A DNA stretch of 64,000 bases from Camelus ferus (GCF_009834535.1 NC_045696.1:55864001-55928000); one strand, 5' to 3'. Counted from the first letter of the stretch, positions 23,250-36,170 are shown. Translations and numbers: made by a program. Notes: a model not told the origin generated them from the letters alone.

Positions 23250-26200
23250 GCTTAAAGTAACACAAAACTATAGATACCAACTTTAAAAAGAGCAAAAAAT
23301 TTGAAGATCATTAGATACCCTCAAATTTTAAGAGTCCCACTTAAAAACTTAACCGCCTTGGAGAAGCACACATGAACAGCCTTTGCAGTCAGTACCTTGA
23401 TGTGAACTCATCAAGAGACTGGACCAAAAGGGACATGAGTCAGATAATTTACTGCACTTTCCCCTCCCCCTCCTCCTGCCTGTAAAATACAGAAAGCTTC
23501 TCTTCTAAGATTGTGTTCATCCCTCTTCCTCCCGAGACCTTAATGAAATAATACAAAAAAGATTGATTTAAAGATAGGTCCACAACTGCATTGAGAATAG
23601 GAGCGTGATGAGTGGACCAAAAATTCCTAGAGTAAATTTTTAGAAACAGGAGAGACGGTTGAGAGGATGGATGAGGCAGGGCAGAGGAAGCCCAATGACT
23701 TGTATTGCCAGAAGGAAAAAAACAGGGAAAAGAGTAAACCAGTGAAAAGTGGGCCCAAGGTTGGTGAGGAATAGAGCAGGGGATCACTGCTTCTCAGTCT
23801 AAGTTCTTCTGCCCAACTTGACGCTTTCATCTGTCTATCGTTTTGCTTTAATAAAAACAAAAGGAATTCTTTTTAAATTTGAGGGGGGATTAAAATCGTA
23901 AATTTCTGAGACACTATTGTTTATAACCCTAGAATGAGAGAGCAAGACACAAAACCTGGAAGCTGCAAAAAAAATACAGATTCAACTTCATAAAAATGAA
24001 AGCTAGCCAGTGCAAGACACCGTAGGTGAAATTAAAAGACAGTTACAGACTTGGGGTGTGGAGAGGGCCCTCCGGGTAGGCCAGTGGAGTGTAGAACCTG
24101 ATGAAACTACATGGGGGAGGCTTCCCACTTGGCTTTGCCCCTGAACAAGGTGATCTCTGTAGCAACGATGATTCGATGATTCATTGTTTCCTTTCTCAGC
24201 CTTAGAGCTGTCTCACTCTCTTCATGCTGAGAAAAGCCAGGCTGAGCTGAAACTGTACCTCAGGGCAGGGCTGCGCTGGACCCCAGGCCTACCAAAGACT
24301 ATTTTCATAATGAGTACTCAGGGTCCAAGGTGCTGCTGGGACAACCTAATTGCTGGGAAAATCTTTTTCCCACAGTGGACTCTGTTGCCAAGGAAACAAA
24401 CCCATTATTGCATTGACAAAATCTTTCAGGAAGTTGTGATTTGGGTTTTTCTAACACAACTGGCTGCATTCTCAGCAGTGAGGAATCCTAAGAAGCTTTC
24501 TGACCTTTGTTTCAGGTCAGTTCCCCAGGGCACCCACCTGACAATCACAGCATAATTTCTGGCATGGAGTGTGGTTGCAATGACCTTCAGCCTCCCAGTG
24601 GAACCTCTCTGGCTTCTGTCTCAACTTCATTTAAACTCATCTATGTTGAGTGCACCCAGCATGGGGTGGCGGGACCTGGGTTTTAAAAGCATGTGCGCCT
24701 GAGTGGTGCCACAGTCTGCTAAAGCTGTGGAAAAGGCCATCAGTGTGAGGGCGGTCACCTCTTCCTCTTTGAACTCTGTCACACTCTTTCTGGTTCTCTG
24801 AGATGGAAATCACCAGAATTCTTCAGATGAAAAGAGAAGTGGACATTCAGAGCTAACTCTGGTCTAAACTGAGGGCTCTTTCCCTGTTGTCCAATGTCTC
24901 TCTCCCTCCTGCTTTTGGCACTTTACTCTCTGCCTGAAAACTTGACTCCACTATAACTTCCTATACCACCTTTCCCCATTCTCTTTGCCCATCCAAACAT
25001 CTTCCTTCCTTAAAGGAGCATTCCAAACATCACTTCCTTGAGACGCTCTCTTTGACTCTTCTAATCCCCTTCTCTGAGTTCCTAAGGTCCATACCACTCC
25101 TTTGCCACATCAAGCCAATTCCCCCAAATTTATTAAGTACCTACTGTGTGCCTCGAACAGTGTCAAGCCTTGGGGATGCAAAAGTGAGCAGAATGGGATA
25201 GATAAGTACAAGGTGGACAGACCCTAAGAAAAGAAACAAGCAATCACAAAAAAAGACCAGGGCAACCAGGCAAATCTGAGTCTGTAGGATACTGATAGTG
25301 CCAACAAAATAGTGGGAGATATGAGCGGAAATATGACATACCAGGGCCAGGAATTATCTTTGTTATCTTTCAACATGAGTCCAAATCCTTATTGAAATAT
25401 TCCATTCAGTTTCAAACTAAATGTAGAAATGGATCCAGAAAAAAGTAACAGGCAATAATAAAAAGGATATTAAACTGAGTAATTCAGAGAAAAGAGCAAT
25501 CAGTGGAGAGCTGAGATTTGTTTTTAAGACTGGTCAAGTGGTCTTAAGGTTCTTAAAAATGATCCTTCACTGCCTTGAGGTATTTCTGTTTATTTGTCTT
25601 GAGCTTTTAATGGATGTTAATGCCCTTCACCTCTGTGGATGACCAAACTAGAGAAAATAATCTTAAATTAAAGCTAAAGAACTTTTGATATTTTGGTTGT
25701 GTTTAAAGAATTTTTTTTTCTGATGAAACTGGAAAGGGCAACTTTCAAAGGAGGTTGCAGGGTCTTATTACTTGATTCTTTAAGAGAAGAACCTTGTATC
25801 CCTGAGAGATGAGGCTTCTCTGCTTGAGGGTAGGGGACTGCCCTGGAATCCTGGCCAGTTTGTGATTCTAGGATTCTGGGGATTCAGAGTCACCACAGAC
25901 ATTGGCCTCCTACCCACACTGTCCATCAGAGCTCCTGGCAAAGTCACTTTTTTTTTTTTTTCAGTTTTCTATTTCATTTTCCTTGTTCCCTAAGAAACAT
26001 AGTAAGGAGCCAACCATAAGGCAGTAGAAGAAGCCAGAGATGATTTTGGTGCTTTTATAATGGGACAGTGTAGCCGTCATGAAATCAAGCTGGACTAAAT
26101 GACAGCTCAAGAGTCCAGTGAACAGCCCGTTAGAGATTGAACAGTAAGAACACACTAAGCGATTTAACTACCCCAAGGGGAAGTAACCATCTTCCTTCAC

Positions 26201-28449
26201 CCTCCTCTTTTCTTCCTCCCCTTCCCCCAACTCCTTTCTTCCTTCTTGCATATTTTCCCCAGAAGTGAAATCATTGTGTGCCCTTTGTTTCTTATTGACA
26301 AGTGACATAGGGGAAAATCAATCTTTAACAAAAGTCATGGTCTCCAGATTTCAAAAAAATGGAGGGGGTGGGGGGAAGGGAGTAGTCTAATTCTATGCAT
26401 ACAATTAAAGAGAGATTGCGTAGCCTGAGTAGAAAGAGGGGATTTACCTCTCATCAACTATTCCCAAAAAGGGCAACATTTAAAGTACACCTTGCACAGA
26501 TACATTTAGCTGCTATTTGAAATATGGCCATTTGTAGCCCAATTTATACATGTCCGGCACCATAAAGAGCAGCAGAATTTAATGGGGGTGAAGAGCCTTG
26601 ACAGCACCCTCACTCTGAATCCTTTCTGATCCTGAACTGATTTCTCTGGTGTCCACACGGGGAGGTTGAGGGACTCTCCAGCAGCTGTCACCACTAGGAA
26701 ACCTGCCTAAACCAGCTTCCTTTGTGAAGTCTTGGTTTCAATTTCACTTTTTAGATTCTCCACCCTAAACTTCAGTTCTCTCCAAAGAGCGGTTTTAGGA
26801 ATGAATGCTGTAGAGCAAGGGTGAGGAAACTGATACCTCGTCAGAGGGAGGAGGAGAGGTTAAAAAGATGAGAGCACCAAATTTCCCCTGACTAGGTTTT
26901 TTCTTTACCCACAGTCTAATGGATTCTTCTAGAAACACAAATGAGAGCAGATCCACGTAGGCTAGACTAGGCTGACCCTAGTGGAATGATTGTGGAGCAG
27001 AGGCTGTATGAGAGAAGAAAGAAACTGAAGCAAGGCTCCCCAGGTGTTCGGTTTCAGGAGTGGTCACTTTCTATTCCCTGGAAGCTGTATTCTCACCTAC
27101 TGAGAGCCAACCTTGTGAGCAGTGAAGTTCCACAGGACTGAAGGTCCATTGCAGACCCAGGAAAGGGAGCCTGGGGACTAGGCCGCCAGCCGAGCTTCCC
27201 TCCCTGTGGGAAATCCCAGCAGGACTGGGAGAAGCTGAGCAGTGGAGGCCATTTAGTGAAAAAAATGTACCAAAGAAGGTTTCAAAATCTATGTGGATAT
27301 CCAGATCAAAGGCTGGGAAATCACGACTTACAGAAGCAAGCACAGCACTTGTGGAGGCATGAAGGAAGAGGGGAAGGAGGAACATGGACTTCCCCTAGGT
27401 CTGTTTCTGTTCTGCTTAGAAGGACAGAAGCCACTGCCAGCTCCTTAAACATCTATTTGTAGCCACTGATCTCTTTTGCATCTCCCTGTACAGTGTCTTC
27501 ATCCCCACTTTCTACCATATTGATCACTGCCTGCTTATTAGAATTACAGCACATGTCAGATTTTTCTTTAAATACTACTTCTATACTATCATCAAGTGGA
27601 GGCCTCTTTTGGAAGGAGCATGAAATATTTTAAAAATCGAGCTCAAGAGGTTCAGAGTGTTCATGGAAATCAGTATTTAGTCTTTCACCTGAGGAACTCT
27701 CTTCAATTCACTGGGCCTGTTTCCTCACTATAAAGTGACAGGTTGTGCAAGTATCCCTTCTGATGTTGACCTTTTTTGATTTAAAGTTTGCTCTTATGTA
27801 CATGTGTATTCTACTTTTAAAAAGTACTTTGGGACTAGGGGCCAGACAGCCTGTTTTCCTTGATAAGCTGATCTTTGAGTCTTCTTTCCTAGCTTTCTTT
27901 AAAATCCTCCAGGAGGATACTAGATTTCCCTTGTGCAAATCTGGTACTCAATCTTAGAGATAAGTTTAGAAAGACTCAGTAAAACAGGAAAGGAGAAAGT
28001 TTAAAACCGTGACCACATTCATAACCCAGTGAACAGGCTTGACTGGAAAATAATTCATGCCTCAGCAATGAAGTGGGATGGAGCAACTGTGCATCATTGA
28101 GGAAGAAATGTCAACCTAAACTTGCATCTTTGCTTTTACCTTTTTTTTTTTTTCTTTTAATAAATCTTTGCTTCTCCTGTGTTCTGTTTGGGTTATTTCT
28201 GGACATCTGAAAATTTTAGTTTGTCTTCTTAATTATTCTTCAGATATAATTTTCACTGGATGCCTTCTCTGAATGCTCTAAGCTGATAATGTCTCTCTCA
28301 TATTTGCTGACCTTGTACCTTGACCATTCTCCTTTGTTAGTGCTCATGCCCTAATATCATTATACCCTTTTAGTGTATAGTCTCCTCTGTTAGTGTGATT
28401 CTTGCCTTACCTCTGTAACTGCAGGGAGTGCCTAGCACATTTTATATGC

Positions 28450-28854
28450 TGTATTAAGGTTCTCCAGAGAAACAAAATCAATCCATTTATGGAGAGAAAG
28501 ACTTAAGGAATTGGCTCATGTGATTGTAGATGCTGGTAAGTTCAAAATCTGCAGGATAGGCCAGCAGGCTGGAGACCCAGGTTAAGAGCTGATATTACAG
28601 CTCCAACTAAAGACAATCTACTGGCAGAATTCCTTCTTCTTTGGGTGAGGTCAGTCTTTTTTTCTATTAAGGTCTTCAAGTAAATGGGAAAGGCCCACTT
28701 ACATTATGGAAGATAATAGGCTTGCTCCAGGTCTACTGATTTCACTGCTAATCTCATCTTTAAAAGACCTTCCCAGAAATATCTAGAAAATTGTTTGACC
28801 ACCTATCTGGGTACTATTTTCTAGCCAAGTTGACACATAAAATTAACCATCACA
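28450..28854 (-). mobile_element. MLT2-type (ERVL) solo LTR
   Basis: TG...CA termini, ggttctccagagaaaca and caagttgacacataaaattaaccatcaca ends. 5-bp TSD tatgc/gatgc (4 of 5 match). Confidence 0.85.
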
Positions 28855-30434
28855 GATGCTTACTAAGTCTTCTGAGTTGAACTGATGATACAAGATACGT
28901 GAATTGCTGCTTTTGGCTTCCTATTTCTCCTGGACTAGCTTTCTTCTATTTTCTTCTCAAAAGACTTTTGAAAAGCCCCTATTTCATTTTCCCCCCACTT
29001 AATTCATTTTAACAAATGTATATTGAGATCCTATCTTGTGGTATGTTTTCCTTTGAAAGTTTTTGTCATTTTGTATCTGCTAGAGAGTTCAAGGGGCCCT
29101 GTCTATTAACCATTTATTGTAGCTCTCTCTTTTTTTAATTTTAGCTCTCACGGTTTAACTAGCCATGGTATTACACATTCAGGCCCATGAAGTGGCAAAG
29201 ATTTATTTAATCCCCCGTTTTTAAATTATCTATACTTCTGTTTTCCTTCTGTTGAACCAGCCTTGGCCATGGTGTGGTTGAAGAGGAACTGAACATCAGA
29301 GCCTCATATTTCTTTGTATCAACGTGAAAGGGAGTTTATCCTAGAACATTATGTTATTTGAACATCTGGAATCAATTATAGTAATAATACTATTACAAAT
29401 CACAGAGAGGAATACTTACAATGTAAAGCTCAGTGGTTTAAAAAAAGATGTAAAATGTATACACAAAATGATGTGATTTTTTTTTTAAAAAGTGCATAAA
29501 ATAAAGACTATAAGTATTTACAATATGAGTGGTAGAATGTGGATAGTTACTATTTTTTCTGTTTTCTAAAATTTCTTTATACACATAATATACAAAAATT
29601 CTTATTGTGAAAGATTAAAAGTTCCCCCTTATCTCTATCCCTACTCCCAGAAAACTCTATTAGCCTTTTAAGTGATAATCATTATTAATTCAATGTGTAT
29701 CCTTTCAGTCATTTTACACACACACACACAGAGCTCTTTTTTTTTACATAAATAAGATCTTGTATATTCCTCCTTGTAAAATTTGTTTTTTTTAACTTAA
29801 GCTCTTCCCTTGTGAGTCTAATTATTTACCCAAAGTCTTCTGATTTAAATAAATGTCTACTTTTTAAAAAATTTCCATAATTACGCCATAATTTAGAAGA
29901 AGGAAACTCATTCTCCCCTGTAAACAGATACTGGGGTTATTTCCAATTTTCTGCTATGAGAAACAACTCCGGAAAGAAATCCAGGAATCTTTGTGCACAC
30001 ATGAGGGTATTTTTAAAAGCGAGCTTCCCAGAAGCTTTCACAGCTTTTCTACTGTAAGTATGCATTATTTTTATCATCCAAAAAATTTTATTAAAAAACA
30101 AAAAATATGTCAATAGACTAAAGTGAGATCAAGCCCTGAAAGCGGGGTGGTGTCAAGGCCCAGCATTCACCTGATACATAGTAAGGGTTTAATATCTGTA
30201 GCCAGAATGATAGGCACAGCAAATTAAAATTCTAGAGACGTACATAGAATATCTGCACACAGTGATTCTAATTCTTGTAAGGTGATATTATTAATTTATT
30301 CAGACAAAAATACCCTTAGTTTTTCTTTGCTTGTATTTACTATCAGGATGAAAATTTTCCATTCTGCTACCAAATAAATGACGAGAGTTAAAATTAATTT
30401 AATCCTAGCAACCACCCTAAGAGGTAGTGGGTAC

Positions 30435-31095
30435 TATGGGCGGGGACTCAGAACCGTGACAAGGGCGGCGGACGCACTTAGAACCCTTCTCCAGGATTAG
30501 GGCGCCATGTCGTTCGGGACGCGAGGAAAGGCCGAGGCGTCCACCTGGGATCACGCGTGAGTTCCGATAGTCTCACGAGAGGTGTGGTCGAGACCCGCGC
30601 CATTTCGCGGCGCGCGGTGCTACCCCGCGCCCTCTGGAGCTAAGGGAGCCGGTGACACTGGCGCTGCCGCCCGCCCCGTCTGGGCCCAGAAGGCCGCTGT
30701 GGTGCCGGGAAGCGCTTTCGCGGTCCCGCAACTCGCTCGAGCTGAGGCCCACGAGCCTGCAGACGCCAGGCACTTGTCCACGGTCCGTTGAACCTGGACG
30801 CGGTCCTTGAGCGCGGCGGCGCGCTCCGCCTCGGTGCCCTGAGCCTCTCTGCACCCCGAACAACGGGCGCCCCGCCCTGCTGTGGGCGCGCGTGCGCTGC
30901 ACCCCCTGCAGCCACCAGGTACCCCTCCCCGCTGTCGGCCACCACGCTCGCTCCCCTCCCCACCCTCCCCGTCCGGTCTCCCGCGCGCTTTCCCCGCTCC
31001 CTCTCCCTCGGCGACCCGGTATACCCCTCCCGCGTCCCTCGGGCTCTCTCCTACCCCGCGGTGACCTGGGGGCCACCTCCCACCTCCTTCTAGGG
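30435..31095 (+). promoter_or_regulatory. ADPRH: CpG island, ADPRH promoter and probable non-coding first exon (candidate donor CAG|gtaccc at 30918/30919)
   Basis: Only CpG-dense, GC-rich stretch in the window, about 2 kb upstream of the ADPRH ATG exon. GC box at 30438-30445. Confidence 0.8.
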
Positions 31096-32904
31096 CTGGG
31101 CGTGTCTCCCCACCACCACCACCACCACCAAAAGAAAAACAAAAAAAGCAGAGGGCTGTCGGGAAGCAGCTTACTAGACCTCTGTTTTGAATTTATAATT
31201 CCTATGTGAGACTGTAAACTGTAAAAAGTAACAGCGTTCTGAGAGCGGGAGGCCAGAGCGGTGCGTGTAAAAGCTAAAGGAAGTTTTCCAACAGAATGAG
31301 TTGGTGATCTTACCCCAGCCCGGCTCACAACTCACAAAAACACACATTCTGATGAAACCAGAAGGAGTTACAGAAAGGAAGCTGAGGACTTTGGGAGAGG
31401 GTACGGGGTGGGGTGGGGGGTTAAAAGTTGGTCCTCAGAAGCCAACTAAGTTTGGTCTCTGACGCTCTCAGCACAGGACGCATCCCAGGTTGTATCTGTA
31501 ATTTACACAGTACAATTTACTGTGGGAAAACATAGGTCCAGGATGAGTGGCTTGTCCATAGTCACACCTGATTTTGGGCAGAGCTAGGACTATTAGCCCA
31601 GAACTCTAGTTCCTAGGCATCATTTATGAACAATACAATATGTAAATAACATTTTATAGATACCTTTTTTGAGCCAAGAAACTCAGCATGATCAGTAGTG
31701 GTCTGTTCAGTCTTGACTTACTTAACCCTGAGGAAATAGGGTTTAGCTAAGTGGAGGCAGAGAAGGCAGATCTTGGGTGGGGAAAGAGCTTGAGCTGAGG
31801 GGAGAATGAGCAAGTCCACCAGCGTGTAAAAGTGTTTGCCTGGCCTGTGCAAGTGGAGTGGATGAAAGAGTAGGGGCAGACGGTGGAGGGCTTTGAATAT
31901 GAATGCTGCAGGCAGTAGGGCGCAGTGGGGAACTGGAAATGCACCTACAGGGAAACCAGCACTTAACCAGGAACTAGGTTCATGTATTAGCTGAGAGCCT
32001 AAGACTCCAGAAGTCAGTCATTTAGAAGGAAAACAATTTAAATATTGCTGTGGAGAGGAAGATTGTGGAGAGGAAGTATTTTAGTTCAATTAATAGAAAA
32101 ATCCTTTTCCCTGGTTGTGTGTGAACAATAAAAATACTGTTTACTATCTGCTAAGCACTGTTTTAAGTGCTTTATAAAAATTAATTCATTTACTCCTCAC
32201 AGCAAACCCACGAGGTTGCCACTGCTTTACAGATTGTAGAAGGTGAGGCACAAAGAGGTTGCTCAAGCTAAGTAGGTCTGTGCTGAGGCAAAGTGGACCA
32301 GAATCAGATTTGGGTCCCAGGGCTTCCATTCATTGGTTGTGTGAATTTACCTTCTCTGAGCCTCATTTTTCTTAACAGTGAAATGCATACTGTAATCCTT
32401 GCCTACTAATGAGACAGAGAATATGCAGGTCTTTTGCAAACAGGGCATTGTGATACCAGTGGAAAGTTATTATTTAAGTCAAGGAGGAATGCACTTCCAA
32501 GGCCATATTCAGATTAAAAAAAGAAAATGACAAGCTTGGTTGACTTGTAGAAGTTAGTGGGCTGGCCATTCATGGAGAGGCAAAGGTGGAGTCATAGTTA
32601 GAATTGTGGACTTTGGAGTCAGATGGACCTAAGCTGGAGTCCCTTCCTTGCCCCTTATTAGCTCCGTAACCTGAGACAATTCACTTAACATTTCTGGTAC
32701 TGCGTTACCTTGATTTACTCATCCATAAACTAGGCCTTTTCCACTCTTCATAGAGCAGCTGTGAGGATTAAATGAGATGCCCTTAATACAGTGCCTACAA
32801 AGAGTGAGTACTCAATAAAATATAGATAAAGCTAATATTTTTTCTGATTTTTCTTTCTCCTCATCTTTTGTGTGTCTTAATATTCCCTCAGAGACAGCCT
32901 CACC

Positions 32905-33217
32905 ATGTGTGGGGGACTAATCGAGAAGTATGTGGCTGCCATGGTGCTGAGTGCAGCTGGAGATGCCTTGGGGTACTTCAATGGGAAGTGGGAGTTCCTC
33001 CGGAACGGGGAAGAGATTCACAGGCAGCTGGCCCAGCTTGGCGGCTTGGATGCCATAGATGTGGAGAGATGGAGAGTCAGTGATGACACAGTGATGCACC
33101 TGGCCACGGCAGAAGCACTCCTGGAAGCTGGCAACGTCTTGAACTTGGCTCGCCTATATTCCCTCCTTGCTAAGCACTACCAAGACTGCATGGGAGACAT
33201 GGACGGCCGGGCACCAG
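32905..33217 (+). CDS. ADPRH: ADP-ribosylarginine hydrolase (ARH1) coding exon 1: [23 protein letters not shown]...SDDT...DGRAP(G)
   Basis: Acceptor ttccctcag| at 32891, ctcaccATG, donor CCAG|gtgaga, 313 nt. Catalytic SDDT motif (D60/D61 at 33082-33087). Confidence 0.97.
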
Positions 33218-33817
33218 GTGAGAGTAGCCAGAGGCCGTCTTGGGCAGGTGGAGAATAAAGCAAGCCCAAGGAAGCGATTAAAAATGTTGATTGAGATTAA
33301 ATATCAAGGAGACATTAGTTTTTATAGTTGTGATAAAAATAGAAAAAACCTAAATGTTTTTGTAATTTATTATGGTGACACATCTGCAGACATTTAAAAT
33401 TATGCACATAAATATTTACTGACCTGGAAAGATATTATGTATTAAGCAAAAAAAAAAAAAAAGGTAGATTACAAAACACTATGTATCTTATAAATCCATT
33501 GTCATCAAAAGTATGTGTATACTTCTGTTGGGAGAGGTATGGAAGAATATACACAAAGATGTTAATAATTGTGTCTGGGTGATGGGAGTATTTATAGTTC
33601 CTTATATCCTTTTACTTATCTGTAGTTTTTAAGTTTTCTGTAATAAATGAGTGTAAAATTTTTTTTTTTTCTTTTTAAAGGAGTCTGGAAAAGGTCTTGT
33701 AGAGACTCCTTTTCTGTTTCCAGGTCTGCTCACAAGTGGTTCTTGCTCACTTTGGGAACTTGTTACAGCATCTTGGGCCACCAGCTGATGTGAATTACCT
33801 TTTCCATAGCTTCTCCG

Positions 33818-34197
33818 GTGTTAGTTTGAGCTGCCATAACAAAATACCACAGACCGGGTGGCTAAAACAACAAATAATAATTTTCTCACTGTTCTGGAAG
33901 CTAGAAGGGATCCAGGTGTCAGTTTCATTTCTTCTGAAGGCCTTTCTCTTTGGCTTGTAGATAGTTTCCTTCTAGCTGTCTCCTCTCACAGCTCACATTC
34001 TTGGTATCTCTTTGTGTATCCCAATTTCCTCCTCTTACTGGGACACCTGTCAGGTTGAATTAGGGCCCACCCTAACATTCTCATTTAACTTTATCACTTT
34101 TTAAAAAGCCCTACCTCCAAATACAGGCGCATTCCAAAGTCCAAGGGGTTAGGGCTTCAACATATGAATTTTGGGGAACACAGTTCAGCTCATAATA
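33818..34197 (-). mobile_element. MLT1-type (MaLR) solo LTR in an ADPRH intron
   Basis: gctgccataacaaaataccacagaccgggtggctaaaacaac...ggggttagggcttcaacatatgaattttgggg. Confidence 0.85.
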
Positions 34198-34408
34198 CCT
34201 CCTGATGAAAGCTTCCCCCTCATACACCCAAGGGTCTCAGGTGTAAGTAAGTCACAATGTTGGCTTGGGGTTTGGAGTTTGGGCGCATTCATGATCACAC
34301 TTCATAGTTTTTCTGTCAAAGAAAGCTGGAGACAGGGCTTGGTTTTCTCCTCCTGTGGGGCCTCTGCTTTGGTTACACTGACCCCATGCCCTACCTGGCT
34401 CTTCCCAG

Positions 34409-34769
34409 GGGGTGCCTCAATGCAGAACGCCATGCTTCTGGAGCCAGACAAAGCTAATGGCTGGAGGATTCCCTTTAACAGCCATGAGGGCGGCTGTGGG
34501 GCTGCCATGCGGGCCATGTGCATCGGTCTTCGGTTTCCCCACCGCAGCCAGCTGGACACCCTGATCCAGGTGAGCATCGAAAGTGGCCGGATGACCCACC
34601 ACCATCCCACAGGCTACCTGGGAGCCCTTGTGTCTGCTCTTTTTACAGCCTATGCTGTGAATAGCAAGCCTCCCCAGCAGTGGGGGAGAGGACTGATAGA
34701 GGTGCTACCGAAAGCTAAAAAGTACATTGTCCAATCAGGCTACTTTGTGGAGCAGAATCTTCAACACTG
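34409..34769 (+). CDS. ADPRH: ADPRH coding exon 2: [10 protein letters not shown]...GCGAAMR...[10 protein letters not shown]...QNLQH(W)
   Basis: Acceptor cttcccag|GG, donor CACTG|gtaagt, 361 nt. ARH-family GxGAAMR and TH motifs. Confidence 0.97.
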
Positions 34770-35755
34770 GTAAGTTTGTAGGTACACTCTCCTGCTAGAA
34801 AATGATTGAATCTGTGCACGCATGTGCATGTACGTGTATGCCTAAAACTCATAGAATGTAGCAACTGTCATGGTTCTCACTGTCCAGTTTTGTCATCCAC
34901 TGCGCCCAGCCCCTCCCACCTGCTAAGGATTTCAGTCCCAACAGTGGTGGCCACCAAGTAGCCAAGTGAAGACCTCAGTGCTTCCCTTATGTATAGGAAT
35001 CCTGTTCCGTATTACAGCTCTCTATAGTTTTTGTGGCTGGCTGTTCTTTACCGAGGTGAACTTTCCTGCTCATTTCCTGGAATTTGTCTTTTCAGTGTTG
35101 TCTTGACACACAATATTTTGAAATCCTTTGTTAAAATGCCTGAGAGATAGGTTTTTCCACCAGCTAATTAATAAGTGATAAGGCCACATCTTCCCCTTTT
35201 TGTGAGTTCACTTCAGATTGCCTTTCTTAGAATAAAAAGGTCCAGAGGCTTTCTGCTGAAATCACCCATGGTCATGAAGTTCCAAAATTCCCTCTTGAAA
35301 AAAAAAATATAACTATATAAGGATATGATGTATTAATTAGGTTGATGGTAGTGCTCTTTTCACTGTGTATGTATGTCAAATGATCACATACACCTTAAAT
35401 ATGGACAATTTCTGTTAAGAAAGTAATACAAAATAAATGATAACATACATAATGACAGACTAAATAAAGTTCCCCCTTGAAAGTTGACACTTGACATGAT
35501 TCTCAACTCAGGAAAAACAAACCTTTATTTCTGACCTTTTACTTGTGTTATCAAGGCCTTATATTATTCCTTAGCAAAAATTTATCGAATGAATGTCACT
35601 TAGAGCTCATTTTGATTTTTTTATATCGTATGATGTTAGTACCAGAAATTGAAGTCATCTTGAAATTTTCCCTGTTCACATATCTACCTGGTACCTTTCC
35701 TAATGGCTTTTGACTCTATTTTTTTAATTGACTGCAGATGTTTTCCTTCCTACAG

Positions 35756-36170
35756 GTCTTACTTCCAAGACCAATGGGAAAAGTACCTAAAACTCAGAGG
35801 GATTTGGGATGGCAAATCAGTCCCTACCTTCCCCAAGCCCTTTGATGTGAAGGAGAGGGATCAGTTCTACACCTCCGTGAGCTACTCTGGCTGGGGCGGC
35901 AGCAGTGGACATGATGCTCCCCTGATTGCCTATGATGCCATTCTGGCTGCAGGAGACTCCTGGAAGGAGCTTGCCCACCGAGCCTTTTTCCACGGTGGAG
36001 ACAGTGATTCTACAGCTGCCATTGCTGGCTGCTGGTGGGGAGTGATGTATGGTTTTAAAGGAGTGAGTCCTTCCAATTATGAGAAGCTAGAATACAGAAA
36101 CCGGCTGGAAGAGACAGCTAGGGCTTTGTATTCTCTTAGGTCAAAGGAAGATACTGTAATTACCCTTTAG
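35756..36170 (+). CDS. ADPRH: ADPRH coding exon 3: [11 protein letters not shown]...[13 protein letters not shown]...EDTVITL*
   Basis: Acceptor ccttcctacag|G, 415 nt to TAG. GDSDS Mg2+-binding motif. Total CDS 313+361+415 = 1089 nt = 362 aa. Confidence 0.97.

Noticed and set aside
30573..31328. 251-aa minus-strand ORF and overlapping ORFs in the GC-rich region
   Set aside because: Low-complexity Arg/Gly/Pro composition expected from stop-poor CpG-island DNA. The poly-Trp/poly-His runs come from a (CAC)n repeat. No recognisable domain.
34171..34408. N-terminal extension of ORF 34171..34773, and similar extensions of ORFs 35703, 53329, 56955 and 61283
   Set aside because: Intronic sequence that happens to be in frame with true exons. 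Clear splice acceptors define the real boundaries.
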